In this document: positions 32,770 through 42,338 of the stretch, piece by piece | Layout: each line of letters starts with the position of its first letter | How positions within the stretch are numbered: position 1 is the first letter of the stretch | Assembly (NCBI GenBank): GCA_034190465.1 | Contig: JAXINV010000004.1 | Location: forward strand, 6,802 to 70,801 | Origin: Candidatus Asbonarchaeum danakilense | GTDB lineage: Archaea; Nanohalarchaeota; Nanosalinia; Nanosalinales; Nanoanaerosalinaceae | Length of the DNA stretch: 64,000 bases | Reading direction: 5' to 3' | The notes under the pieces: model-generated | What the model was told of the DNA's origin: nothing | Seen by the model: only the letters and a program-made list of their open reading frames with translations | The model's database searches: none | Program-made: the position numbers and the translations under genes

Positions 32770-33738
32770 ATGATACAGATGGATGACGACAGGAAACTGA
32801 TGCTCGGTGGCGCAGCAGTCATCGCCGTACTCGCACTCGCGGCGATGAGCGAAACGGTCACGATGTTCGTCTGGAAGAACCTGTGGGGGCCGATCGTCGC
32901 CGATGCGGCCGAACACCCGGTCACGTTCAACGGCGTGACAGCACAGAAAGGCTACAACATCTACAACACCGTACTGTACGCCGCCGGGCTTGGTCTCGCC
33001 GTCCTCGGCCTGGACCGGCTGCTGGACCGATGGGAGGTCGGGGAGAACACAGGCTTCGTCGTCGGGCTGTTCCCGCTCGTCGTGTTCGGTGGGCTGCTCC
33101 GCGTCGTGGAGGACACCGGGGTCGTGCCGTTCCCGTTCAACACCCTGATCATCACCCCGATCATCTACTTCGTTGTCTTCCTCGTCGGGCTCGGTCTCCT
33201 CAAGGCGGCGCTGCACCGTGCCAGGCGGACGGATCGGGACCACACGGACGTCCTGCTCAGGATGTCGACGGTCTCGCTCATCGTGCCGGTCGTCCTGCTC
33301 CTCCCAGCGTTCTACGACCGCCTCCTACAGGGCGTGGCACCGCCAGAGGGCATCCTGCCCGTCATCGGGATCAGTGCCGTCGCCGTCGCGGCAGGGGTCG
33401 GCCTCCAGACCTACGTGGCGCAGTTCGTCCCGGGCAGCTTCCTGGACTCGACCGTGGGACGGCTGGCGGTGGTGGCGCAGGTGACCGACGGGGCGGTGAC
33501 CGCGACATCGCTCAGCTTCCTCGGGTACGGGGAGAAACACGTGCTATCCGATGCAATCACCCAGGCAGCGGGGACGCCCTATGCCTTCCTGCTCGTCAAG
33601 GCAGCGTTCATCATCGGGCTGCTGGCTGTGATCGACTATGAGGAGGACAGGTTCAGCATGCTGGTGATGCTGGGCGTGATCGCTGTCGGTCTCGGGCCCG
33701 CGACCCGGAACCTGACACGCGCGGTCCTCGGGATCTAG
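32770..33738 (+). CDS. DUF63-family polytopic membrane protein
   Basis: The ATG lies 2 nt after the endoQ stop. FVWKNLWGPIVADA...GYNIYNTVLYAAGLGLAVLGL resembles the N-terminus of DUF63 proteins. Multiple TM helices are present. Confidence 0.6.
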   Translation: MIQMDDDRKLMLGGAAVIAVLALAAMSETVTMFVWKNLWGPIVADAAEHPVTFNGVTAQKGYNIYNTVLYAAGLGLAVLGLDRLLDRWEVGENTGFVVGLFPLVVFGGLLRVVEDTGVVPFPFNTLIITPIIYFVVFLVGLGLLKAALHRARRTDRDHTDVLLRMSTVSLIVPVVLLLPAFYDRLLQGVAPPEGILPVIGISAVAVAAGVGLQTYVAQFVPGSFLDSTVGRLAVVAQVTDGAVTATSLSFLGYGEKHVLSDAITQAAGTPYAFLLVKAAFIIGLLAVIDYEEDRFSMLVMLGVIAVGLGPATRNLTRAVLGI

Positions 33739-34886
33739 CCGCCGACCGAGATCGTGAAGTTCCCGATCTCGTAGTTGCCCGAGGTCGTGATCGTCACCGT
33801 GTTCTGGCCCTGGTTGACGGCCGACTTACTGAACGTCAGCGTCTTCGTGCCGCCGGTGTCAGGCGTCACGGTGAACGTCTTGTGCGGCAGCTTGATCGTG
33901 ATCGGGGCGCGGACACCGATACGCTCGATGTCGAACGCGATCTTCCCGTCCTGCTTCCCGAACAGCTGGTACTTGACCAGCGGGATGTTGAACGTCTTCT
34001 GCACGGTCTGCGTGTTGGTCGTGGCCAGGTACTGGACGTCCATCTGGACGTTGGACAGCGTGTACTGTGCACCCGGCTGCGAGTAGAACGAGATCGTGTT
34101 CTCGCCTGGATGGAGGCCTGTCGTCGCCGATGCGAAGCTGACTGTGTACGGCAGGTTGCGCTTGATCGGTGTCCCGGTCCAGATCGTCTCGCCGTTGATG
34201 TCGACCTTCAGCGGTGCCGTGGCCCGGACGTCCTCGTTGACGAAGAACCGGACCGTGCCGGTGTCGAAGCCCTCGACCTCATAGTTGTAGAGGCGGAACG
34301 TGTCCAGGTTCTTCCGGACGGCGTCGTCCTTCAGGGTGAACGTCACGTCACGCATCTCGTACCGCGTCGAGGTCCAGAACTGGTAGCCCGGTCCTTTCGC
34401 GGTGAGGAGGACGGTATTCGTCCCCTTCGAGATGTTCGTCAGCTTGATCGTGCGTCGCTCACCGGCATCCGGCTTCAGGGTCCGTACCGTCTCGCCGTTG
34501 AGCTTGACGACGAGGTCGCCGATCGGTCGTGCGCCGGCGACCGTGAACGTCAGGAAGAGCGCGTCCGGCTGCCGTGCCGTGAACTGGACAAGTGTCGAAT
34601 TGGCTGATGAGAACATGCCCTTGCTGACGACCAGTCTATCATAGCCCTGCACCGTCTTGTTCGGCGACTGGTATTCGATGTCCTTCGTCCCGAACGAGAT
34701 GGTGCGCGATGAAGAATTGATATTGCCGATCACGCCGAGATCCGTCTTGAGGAGCGCCCCGTCCGGGGTACTGTCATCACCTTCGACATTGATACCCGGC
34801 ATGTCCGATGTTCCTGCGATGATTCCGCCGACGACGAACAGTGCTGCTCCAGCCATCACGACGTAGGCAAAGTTACTCATGACCAA
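33735..34886 (-). CDS. Signal-anchored beta-rich extracellular protein (383 aa)
   Basis: An N-terminal hydrophobic anchor (FAYVVMAGAALFVVGGIIAG) is followed by a long T/V/N-rich beta-type sequence. Confidence 0.6.
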   Translation of the reverse strand: MVMSNFAYVVMAGAALFVVGGIIAGTSDMPGINVEGDDSTPDGALLKTDLGVIGNINSSSRTISFGTKDIEYQSPNKTVQGYDRLVVSKGMFSSANSTLVQFTARQPDALFLTFTVAGARPIGDLVVKLNGETVRTLKPDAGERRTIKLTNISKGTNTVLLTAKGPGYQFWTSTRYEMRDVTFTLKDDAVRKNLDTFRLYNYEVEGFDTGTVRFFVNEDVRATAPLKVDINGETIWTGTPIKRNLPYTVSFASATTGLHPGENTISFYSQPGAQYTLSNVQMDVQYLATTNTQTVQKTFNIPLVKYQLFGKQDGKIAFDIERIGVRAPITIKLPHKTFTVTPDTGGTKTLTFSKSAVNQGQNTVTITTSGNYEIGNFTISVGG

Positions 34887-34954
34887 TCACAAATCAAGAT
34901 TGACGGCCCGTTTAATAAATAACTAACCCTGGTCCGGGCCGGGACAGCCAGCCT

Positions 34955-35296
34955 TCACTGCTCGTCCTCGTACTGTGCGACGGATCGGCGGTGGACCTGC
35001 AGCGCCCAGCCCTCCTTGACGTTTCCTTCCTCCTCTTTGATGATCTCGTACAGGCCGAGGTCCCGCTGATCGATCTCTCCGTCGCGGTAGACGTCGTACA
35101 GCTCGTCGTACCGTTCATCGCCCTCCTCCGCTCCGAGCTGGTCCAGGAACTCATCGCTGTCGACCTGCTCCAGCCGCTCCTCGTACGTCGCCGGCTCGTC
35201 GTCGAATTCGTCCTCCAGGATCAGGTAGGAGACACCGAAGCTGTACGTCGCCGCGCCGAGCAGGCCTGCACCTTTCAGGAAGGTCCGTCGTCGCAT
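34955..35296 (-). CDS. Small acidic protein with a twin-arginine (Tat) signal
   Basis: MRRRTFLKGAGLLGAATYSFG matches the S/T-R-R-x-F-L-K Tat consensus. Confidence 0.6.
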   Translation of the reverse strand: MRRRTFLKGAGLLGAATYSFGVSYLILEDEFDDEPATYEERLEQVDSDEFLDQLGAEEGDERYDELYDVYRDGEIDQRDLGLYEIIKEEEGNVKEGWALQVHRRSVAQYEDEQ

Positions 35297-35402
35297 GTAC
35301 CGACAGGTACGGCCGAGCTTTAAGACTCTTTTGCTATGGGTGAGTGGCGACCGTGGCGAGTGATGGATTCATAACGGTGCGGGCCTCAGACAGGTCTGCG
35401 CG

Positions 35403-36419
35403 ATGAAGCTACTGCAACAGGACACCCGGGACGGCTACATGCGACTGAAGGTAGAGCGGGACGAGGACCTGTGGCACCTGAAGTACGTCGTCGAGGAGGG
35501 CGACCTGATCAAGACGATGAGCCCGCGGACCACCATCGAGGGCCGGGAGAAGCGGAAATGCCTGATCAAGCTCGAGGTGGAGAAGACCGAGTTCCAGGGC
35601 GACCGGCTCCGCACCACCGGCGAGATCGTCGAGGCGCCGGACGATGTCGAGCACGGCTACCACACCTTCAACCTGCAGGCAGGCAAGGAGTTCGAGATCT
35701 GGAAGGAGGAATGGAAGGACTACCAGGTCGAGCGCGTGAAGAAGGCGGCGCGGATCGACAACTACCAGCTGCTGGTCTGCATGGTGGAGAAGGGCGAGGC
35801 CAACTTCGCGGTGATAACGGAGACCGGGATCCGTGACCTGGCGGACGTCGACGTCAACGTGCCGGGCAAGATGTACAAGACCGAGGGCGAGGAGAAGGAG
35901 AGCTTCTACGGGCAGATCCTGTCCGTGCTGCAGCGGAACGCGGAGAAGGTCGATAAGATCATCATCGCCGGGCCCGGCTTCGAGAAGGAGAACGTGCACA
36001 ACCGGCTCGTGGAGGAGGCACCTGAGATCGAGGACATGCTGATGCTGCAGGACACGTCCGTCACCGGCTACACCGGCATCCAGGAGGTCATCAAGCGTGG
36101 CGCGGTCGACAAGGTCATCGAGGAGTCACGCGTCTCCGAGGAGGTCCAGCTCGTGGAGGAGTTCCTCAAGCACCTGAACAAGGACGACGGCAAGGCCGTC
36201 TACGAGCCGAAGAAGGTGGCGCAGGCCGCGGAGATGGGTGCCGTCGAGGACCTGCTGATCAACGACAACCTGATCACGGAGAACAGGTACGAGAAGGTGA
36301 TGGAGGAGGTCGAGAACCAGGCAGGCGAGATCCACATCATCCACACGGACCACGAGGCCGGCAGGAAGCTGAAATCGCTGTCAGGCATCGCTGCGATCCT
36401 GCGGTACAAGATAGAATGA
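35403..36419 (+). CDS. pelA: mRNA surveillance protein Pelota
   Basis: 338 aa. The N-terminal DGYMRLKVERDEDLWHLKYVVEEGDLI and the eRF1-like central and C-terminal domains (IIIAGPGFEKE...) are typical of archaeal Pelota. Confidence 0.85.
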   Translation: MKLLQQDTRDGYMRLKVERDEDLWHLKYVVEEGDLIKTMSPRTTIEGREKRKCLIKLEVEKTEFQGDRLRTTGEIVEAPDDVEHGYHTFNLQAGKEFEIWKEEWKDYQVERVKKAARIDNYQLLVCMVEKGEANFAVITETGIRDLADVDVNVPGKMYKTEGEEKESFYGQILSVLQRNAEKVDKIIIAGPGFEKENVHNRLVEEAPEIEDMLMLQDTSVTGYTGIQEVIKRGAVDKVIEESRVSEEVQLVEEFLKHLNKDDGKAVYEPKKVAQAAEMGAVEDLLINDNLITENRYEKVMEEVENQAGEIHIIHTDHEAGRKLKSLSGIAAILRYKIE

Positions 36420-36851
36420 TCAGATCAGCAGCTTGACGATCGCGAGCTTCAGCTTGTTGATGAATCCGTAGACCTGGTAGTCGATGTTGCCCTGCTCCAT
36501 CTGTCGCTTGATCTCCTTCCGCTGGTCCTGCGCCTGGAGCACGGAACGGAGCGCCTCCATGTTGGTCCAGACGTCCACCGTCTGGTTCTGGAACGGCTCG
36601 CGCTGGATCTGCGTCATGTTCGTCCCGTCCAGCTCCATCGCCAGGACCTCCTGCTGCGTCTGGCCACCCTGCGAGGCGTTGACATAGATGTTGATCTTCT
36701 GATGGCCGATCAGGAAGCCGACCACACCAGGGATCTCCGATGCACGCTGGTTGTAGTTCTGCTTCAGCTCCTGGAGGTTCCCGACAGCACCCGCTGCGAG
36801 CGGGACCATAGCCGTGACCAGGATGAACACCAGCACGACGGCACGCTTCAT
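36420..36851 (-). CDS. Secreted or membrane-anchored hypothetical protein (143 aa)
   Basis: The ATG at 36851 gives MKRAVVLVFILVTAMVPLAAGA, a signal-like sequence. The longer track ORF would overlap orc1. Confidence 0.5.
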   Translation of the reverse strand: MKRAVVLVFILVTAMVPLAAGAVGNLQELKQNYNQRASEIPGVVGFLIGHQKINIYVNASQGGQTQQEVLAMELDGTNMTQIQREPFQNQTVDVWTNMEALRSVLQAQDQRKEIKRQMEQGNIDYQVYGFINKLKLAIVKLLI

Positions 36852-36888
36852 AAAAGAATGTTTGTCCCTGCCAGAATAAAAATGGTGG

Positions 36889-37890
36889 TCACTTGGCCTT
36901 GTACCGACGCCACCTGCCCTCACCTTCCGCGTCGATCAGGTTGTAATGCACCATCTTGTTCAGGTACTTCCGCAGCATCCGGTCGGAACGCGGCTCATCC
37001 ACCTGGTCGCGGTACTTCTCGTACAGGTCGCCGGGCCTGATATCGCCCTCGTCCTGGATGATGTCGTACAGCTTCTTCTGGTGCTTGGTGAGCTTCTCCA
37101 CGTTCTTCTGGCGGACGTTGTCCTTCGCGTCGGGCACGGACTCCTGGATCATCTCCCGCGTGATCTCGTCGCTGTCCTGCTTCTCCGCCTTCCGGGCCGC
37201 CGACCGCAGGATGCCGATCGCGATGCGGGCGTCGCCCTCAGCGGACAGCGCGATCTTGCGCAGCCGGGGCCTGTCGATCGATCCGGGCCTGAGCCCCCAC
37301 TCCGCGCGGTCCTCCAGGATATCGGTCAGCTCGTCGGGACTGTACGACTCGAACTCCAGCCTGTCAGCGCCCATCAGCCGGGAGCGGACCCGCTCGTCCA
37401 TGTTGTGGAACGCGGTCTCCTTGTTCGCGATCATGATCAGCGTGACGTTCGGCAACGAGTACAGGTCGTACAGCACCTTCTCATCCTCCAGCTGGTCGAC
37501 CTCGTCCATGATCAAGACGTACGGCCGCTCGTCGTAGTTCTTCAGCCGGGTGAACAGCTCGTCAGTCGGTGTCGACTGGCGATGGACGTCCAGCGTCTTG
37601 CCGATACCTTCCAGCGCCTTGTAAAGCGCCTTGAACCTGTTGTAGTTCTCCCAGCAGTTGATATACTGCCATTTCAGCTCGATGTTCTCCTCGGACAGCC
37701 GTTCCAGCGTGTGCCGGGTGATGCAGGTCTTGCCCGTGCCGGGCGGGCCGTAGATGAACGAGTTCTGTGCCTTGTCCTCCTCACCGGCCAGCGGCTCCAG
37801 CGTGCTCGCCAGCTGCTGGATCTCCGGGTCCCTGTGCACCACCTCGCGCGGGATGAACTCGTCGCGCAGCACCCTGGCATCTGTGATCAT
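36889..37890 (-). CDS. cdc6: Orc1/Cdc6 replication initiator
   Basis: Carries Walker A (GPPGTGKT), Walker B (VLIMDEVD) and a C-terminal winged helix. A TATA-like CTTTAAATAG lies about 31 nt upstream. Confidence 0.9.
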   Translation of the reverse strand: MITDARVLRDEFIPREVVHRDPEIQQLASTLEPLAGEEDKAQNSFIYGPPGTGKTCITRHTLERLSEENIELKWQYINCWENYNRFKALYKALEGIGKTLDVHRQSTPTDELFTRLKNYDERPYVLIMDEVDQLEDEKVLYDLYSLPNVTLIMIANKETAFHNMDERVRSRLMGADRLEFESYSPDELTDILEDRAEWGLRPGSIDRPRLRKIALSAEGDARIAIGILRSAARKAEKQDSDEITREMIQESVPDAKDNVRQKNVEKLTKHQKKLYDIIQDEGDIRPGDLYEKYRDQVDEPRSDRMLRKYLNKMVHYNLIDAEGEGRWRRYKAK

Positions 37891-38085
37891 CGGTCCGACA
37901 TCTACTTGTCCGGCCAGCTATTTAAAGGAAATCACCGGTTTCCGGTAGACTGCCGTGACCGGGGTGTATGTGGCCGCGGCACAGCGGGCGAGAGACGGTC
38001 CCGGCGGGCCGGCCCGGTCGTTCCGGAACCGGCGCTATCACGCTCAAAAGGCGGCGCCGGCAACACAGGGACAGAGGTCAGACCC

Positions 38086-38358
38086 ATGACAGCCAACACG
38101 CTCAACGACCAGGTCAAGGACATCGCCGACTACCAGTCCAAACTCGACGCCGACCGCAGGAGCCTGCTGAACAGACTGCTGCAGGACGCGCAGAAGTACC
38201 AGGAGCCGATGGAGGAGCTTGAAAGTCCTGACGAGGCGCTGCTGCTCTCGCTGGTCGTCGAGCTCAAGCGCGACCTGGAGGACGTCCGGAACCAGCTCGA
38301 ACTGGAACGCATCCACGGCCAGGACGGGAGGCAGCTGAACCTGGCGGAGGCGCTGTGA
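38086..38358 (+). CDS. Small acidic coiled-coil protein (90 aa)
   Basis: This is the last 90 codons of the otherwise antisense/spurious track ORF 36946..38358. The ATG at 38086 gives MTANTLNDQVKDIADYQSKLDADRRSLLNRLLQDAQKY... with a halophile-type composition. Confidence 0.45.
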   Translation: MTANTLNDQVKDIADYQSKLDADRRSLLNRLLQDAQKYQEPMEELESPDEALLLSLVVELKRDLEDVRNQLELERIHGQDGRQLNLAEAL

Positions 38359-38402
38359 CCACGTTGAAAAGCGTGGCGCGTGCATGAACCCACGGTGATA
38401 CC

Positions 38403-38909
38403 ATGGATGCAGCAGTCGCAATCCTCGTAGAGGACGGCCACCAGGACAGGGAGTTCTGGTACCCGAACACACGGCTCAAAGAGGCAGGTGCCGAGGTCGA
38501 CGTCGTCAGCCGTGAGGACCGGCAGTACGAGTCCGAGCACGGCTACCCCGTCGAGCCGGACGCGACGATCGACGAGGTCGACACGGCGGACTACGACGCG
38601 GTCGTCATCCCCGGCGGGCGGGAGTGTCCGGACAGACTGCGGAGGGACGAGGAGGTCCTGGACTTCGTCCGCGCGATGGATGAGCAGGACAGTATCGTCG
38701 CCGCGATCTGCCACGCCGGCTGGGTTCCCGCCTCCGCAGGAATCCTGAACGGCAGACAGGCCACCTGCTACCACTCCATCAGCGACGACGTGGCGAACGC
38801 CGGTGCGGACTACGTCGACGAGGAGGTCGTTGTCGACGGCAACCTGATTACCTCGCGGCATCCCGGCGACCTCCCCGCCTTCCTCGGCGCCATCCTGGAC
38901 GGGCTCTGA
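38403..38909 (+). CDS. DJ-1/PfpI family protein (intracellular protease/deglycase type)
   Basis: VAAICHAGWV contains the nucleophile-elbow Cys-His. The length is typical of PfpI. Confidence 0.85.
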   Translation: MDAAVAILVEDGHQDREFWYPNTRLKEAGAEVDVVSREDRQYESEHGYPVEPDATIDEVDTADYDAVVIPGGRECPDRLRRDEEVLDFVRAMDEQDSIVAAICHAGWVPASAGILNGRQATCYHSISDDVANAGADYVDEEVVVDGNLITSRHPGDLPAFLGAILDGL

Positions 38910-38960
38910 CCGGGTCCGTCCACCGACAGGTTTTTCATCCCGCACCCCGCATTCCGCGGC

Positions 38961-39347
38961 ATGGACGTGAAAGCGTTCTTTAAACGGCGGGGCTACAGCG
39001 GCCGGGCCCACCACTTCGTCACAGCACTGGAGGACCAGGTCGACGAGCTCCCGGACGGCTACAGCGAGGAGCGGGATGCGTTCAACAGCGCTGTCGCCCG
39101 TTTCGTCCGTGCACGCACCATCCACACCTTCTTCACGCTGCTGTTCTACGCCTCGGTCATCACATCGATCACGGCATCGGTCGGCTTCAAGATCAACGTC
39201 TTCGAACGGATCTACGGCGTTCTCGGGTTCACGACAGTCTTCCTGCTCTACCTCGCGGCACGGTACCAGATGCGACTGGCCAGAGCCGACTTCGAGAACA
39301 CACGGAGCCGCGTCATCGCCTACCTGACCGCGGCAGAGCAGGCATAG
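38961..39347 (+). CDS. Membrane protein (128 aa)
   Basis: Two hydrophobic helices (FFTLLFYASVITSITASV and VLGFTTVFLLYLAA). Confidence 0.5.
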   Translation: MDVKAFFKRRGYSGRAHHFVTALEDQVDELPDGYSEERDAFNSAVARFVRARTIHTFFTLLFYASVITSITASVGFKINVFERIYGVLGFTTVFLLYLAARYQMRLARADFENTRSRVIAYLTAAEQA

Positions 39348-39407
39348 CTTCCAGGAGCGGCCGTCACTGGAACCAGCGTATGGCTTTTTACCCCGGCGGA
39401 TGCAACC

Positions 39408-39713
39408 TTGGCCCAGGTGGCACACATGCCCGACGACGATCTGAAGCAGAAGGTGGAGGACGCCAGCGAGATCGACGACTTCACACAGGCGCTGGAGGCC
39501 TTCCGTGACGAGTTCGAGAAACTGGAGAGCAGGGTCGACCAGCTGGAGGACAAGACCGAGACAAAAGTCCGTGTCGTCGACACCGACAACGGCAAGCGGA
39601 TCGTCCTGGAGAACCGGCAGCAGACCTGGTTCTCACCCAACTACTTCCGCAAGATCCTGGAACGGATCGACCAGGGTGAGGACCACGACGAGGAGAACCT
39701 GCTCGAGGACTAG
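39408..39713 (+). CDS. Small acidic hypothetical protein (101 aa)
   Basis: ORF with acidic composition. The start is uncertain (an internal ATG gives MPDDDLKQ). Confidence 0.45.
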   Translation: MAQVAHMPDDDLKQKVEDASEIDDFTQALEAFRDEFEKLESRVDQLEDKTETKVRVVDTDNGKRIVLENRQQTWFSPNYFRKILERIDQGEDHDEENLLED

Positions 39714-40267
39714 TCCCGCCACTTGATCGAGCAGCCCCGCGAGGGAAGAAACTCCAGGTCGACCTCCTCGCCGGCGAGCACCTGCTCGACCGCCTGCTCC
39801 ATGTGGAACGTGGTCGGCTCATCGTCCGGGTTCAACGAGTCGTCGAACCGGCCGTGGTACGCCAGCACGAACCCTTCTCCCTCCCGGCGGAACAGGAACG
39901 GGTCAGGTGTGCAGACAGCGCCGTACGCCTCAGCGACCTCCTGACTCTCGTCGCGGAGGTACGTGTACTGGATGCCGCGCTCCTCCACGAACTCCTGCAT
40001 CTTCTCGAAGCTGTCCTCCGGGTAGTCGTCCGCGTCGTTCGGGTTGATGCCGACGACAGCCAGATCCTCGTACTCTTGGTCCAGCCGCTTCATCTCGTCG
40101 ACCTTGGCCTCTGCGTACGGGCAGTGGTTGCAGGTGAAGACGACAAGCAGCGCGTCGAAGTCCATGAAGTCGTCGAGCGCGTAGGTCGTGCCGTCCGTGG
40201 CCGGCAGCTCGAAGTCGGGCGCCTCGTCGCCGCGCTCCAGCTCCTGTCGCGATTCCTCGACCGACAC
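39710..40267 (-). CDS. Thioredoxin-fold (redoxin/AhpC-TSA-like) protein
   Basis: The FTCNHCPYAEA CxxC motif sits in a thioredoxin-like context. DFELPATDG is an N-terminal motif typical of the family. Confidence 0.75.
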   Translation of the reverse strand: MSVEESRQELERGDEAPDFELPATDGTTYALDDFMDFDALLVVFTCNHCPYAEAKVDEMKRLDQEYEDLAVVGINPNDADDYPEDSFEKMQEFVEERGIQYTYLRDESQEVAEAYGAVCTPDPFLFRREGEGFVLAYHGRFDDSLNPDDEPTTFHMEQAVEQVLAGEEVDLEFLPSRGCSIKWRD

Positions 40268-40271
40268 GGTA

Positions 40272-40679
40272 TCACAGGTCGAAGACGTCCAGGCCCGTCG
40301 TCCTGTCGGGGCGGTGGCTGAGCGCTGTTTCCGTGGTCGCGACGATCAGCTCGAACGTGCCGGACACATGTGCCGCGGCGCAGTGGCCCGCGTAGGCCTG
40401 GTAGTCCTCGTCGCCGACCGTGATGTGGGCGTGGATCTTGTCCGGGCCGATGTTGCCGGTGAAGTTCGAGACCTCGAACTGACCGGTGAGCTCCTCCTCC
40501 GCGTACTCCTCCGTCTCGACGTTGTAATGCCCGAGCTTCACGCGGTCGACCGCGCCGATCCCCGTGAAGAACGCGCCGTCGATGTCATAGTCGTTCCGCA
40601 GCTGTTTGAGCGATGCGATGACGCCGTCACCCGGGTCGAGCCGGACGACCAGATAGGCTTCCTCCTCGCTGACATCCAT
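40272..40679 (-). CDS. PPC (DUF296) domain protein
   Basis: LVVRLDPGDGVIASLKQL...GAFFTGIGAVDRVKLGHYN...GNIGPDKIHAHITVGD matches the PPC/DUF296 pattern. Confidence 0.7.
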   Translation of the reverse strand: MDVSEEEAYLVVRLDPGDGVIASLKQLRNDYDIDGAFFTGIGAVDRVKLGHYNVETEEYAEEELTGQFEVSNFTGNIGPDKIHAHITVGDEDYQAYAGHCAAAHVSGTFELIVATTETALSHRPDRTTGLDVFDL

Positions 40680-40723
40680 GGTACCACACCAGGATGCGAG
40701 ATGGACAGGTTTATCGGTTGCGG

Positions 40724-41563
40724 TCAGGTCCCGGTGCTGCTGTAATGGGAGAGCCCGAACAGCCAGAACCGATAGGCCAGCAGGTACAGTACCGGGCCAG
40801 CGACCAGCGCCACCAGCTGCCAGATGCCCCAGCCGCCCTTCTGGAGGAAGAACGTCGCCGGGAAGAAGCTCGCGAACGCGATCGGGATCGCCGTCGTCAG
40901 GATGATCTGGATCGGGACCGCGTAGATGCCGAACGGGTACCTGCGGTAGTCTGACAGCTGGAAGATCAGCCAGATCGCCGACTGGCTCTTCCCCGTCCAG
41001 AACGCCGTGGTCGCGAAGACGAGGTAAATCGCCGCGAAGACCAGGACGCCGGAAACCAGTGCGAAGAAGCCGTAGACAAGCTTCACCGGTGTGAACAGCG
41101 GGACGGAAAGCTGGCCGGCGGCGTAGACGACGAGGATGATGTTGACGATGAACTTGGAGATGTTGTCATCCGAGACACGGTCCGCGTAGACGTGGAACAG
41201 CGGGTTGAGCGGGCGGACGAGGAACCTGTCGAACCTTCCCTTGACGATGTACCACTTGCCGAGGTTGAAGATGTTGAACAGGAAGATGTGGTGCAGGTTC
41301 ATGATGACGCCGCCCAGCCCGGCGAGGAACAGCATCTCGGGGAACGTCCAGCCGTGGATGGTCTGGACCTGGGTGAACAGCAGTGTCAGGAACGCCAGCG
41401 ACGACCCGAGACTGATCGCCTGGCCGAAGAACCCGAGCAGGAAGTCGGTCTTGTAGACCAGCCGGGTCTTCATGAACTGCCTGAAGAACAGCGTGTAGAT
41501 CCGGAGGTACCGCCGGAACTCGTCCATCGCCGAGTTGTCCGCGATCCCGCCCATGTCAGCCAC
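40724..41563 (-). CDS. ABC-2 family transporter permease
   Basis: Has 6 TM segments and forms an operon with an ABC ATPase and a second permease. Confidence 0.7.
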   Translation of the reverse strand: MADMGGIADNSAMDEFRRYLRIYTLFFRQFMKTRLVYKTDFLLGFFGQAISLGSSLAFLTLLFTQVQTIHGWTFPEMLFLAGLGGVIMNLHHIFLFNIFNLGKWYIVKGRFDRFLVRPLNPLFHVYADRVSDDNISKFIVNIILVVYAAGQLSVPLFTPVKLVYGFFALVSGVLVFAAIYLVFATTAFWTGKSQSAIWLIFQLSDYRRYPFGIYAVPIQIILTTAIPIAFASFFPATFFLQKGGWGIWQLVALVAGPVLYLLAYRFWLFGLSHYSSTGT

Positions 41564-42338
41564 CCTGCACCGTCAGATGTTTTCGCGCGTACCGCCACAC
41601 GGCCTCGCCGAGCAGCAGCAGGACCGCCATCCAGACGAGCTGGACGCCGAGGACCCTGAGCGCCTCGAACCCCGTCGCCTCCATCGTGAAGATGGAGATC
41701 GGGCCGTCGACCATGGCGTGGAACGGCAGCGCGTAGAATACGGTTTTCAGGTGTTCCGGCAGCAGGTACAGCGGGAACAGGACGCCTGAGAACAGGTTCT
41801 GGACGATGTTGCGCATCATGCGGATGCTCCAGTGGACCTCGGTCCAGAAGACCGCCATCGAGGTCATGAACGACAGCGCGAAGACCAGGTTGAACCCGAG
41901 GAACAGCGAGATCCCGAACAGCGCCACGTTGACCGGAGACGGCATCGGCAGGCCGATGGCGAGCCAGGCGATGACCCCGACCGGCAGCCCGCGGGAGAGG
42001 AACCGGAACAGTGCCTGTCCCAGCTGGTAGAAGTAGGCATGGGCGCGCAGCGTGATCGGGCGCTTCAGCTCGTTGACGATCGTGCCCTCGCGGACGCGCT
42101 CGCCGATCATCTCCTCGACGCTGACGAACACGGAGTTGGACACGATCTGCCCGACGACGATGTACGTCAGGACGGTTGAGATCCCACCGGCAAGCTGTCC
42201 TGCCGCGGCTATGGAGTTCCAGATGGCGTAGACCATGACCAGGTACAGCAGCGAGGTCACCAGAGACATCACGGCGTCGAACCGGTAGGCTGTGGCCTCA
42301 CGGAACCCGATCCGGGCCAGCGCGACGTATTCCCTCAT
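41556..42338 (-). CDS. ABC-2 family transporter permease
   Basis: Polytopic. It overlaps both neighbours by 4-8 nt. Confidence 0.7.
   Translation of the reverse strand: MREYVALARIGFREATAYRFDAVMSLVTSLLYLVMVYAIWNSIAAAGQLAGGISTVLTYIVVGQIVSNSVFVSVEEMIGERVREGTIVNELKRPITLRAHAYFYQLGQALFRFLSRGLPVGVIAWLAIGLPMPSPVNVALFGISLFLGFNLVFALSFMTSMAVFWTEVHWSIRMMRNIVQNLFSGVLFPLYLLPEHLKTVFYALPFHAMVDGPISIFTMEATGFEALRVLGVQLVWMAVLLLLGEAVWRYARKHLTVQGG

Noticed and set aside
36946-38085. The first ~380 codons of track ORF 36946-38358 (plus strand)
   Set aside because: This portion is antisense to orc1/cdc6. Only the last 90 codons, from the ATG at 38086, lie outside orc1 and look like a real small gene.
38130-39425. 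431-aa minus-strand ORF antisense to the DJ-1/PfpI gene and its neighbours
   Set aside because: It has an antisense-type composition, and the plus-strand genes have recognisable motifs.
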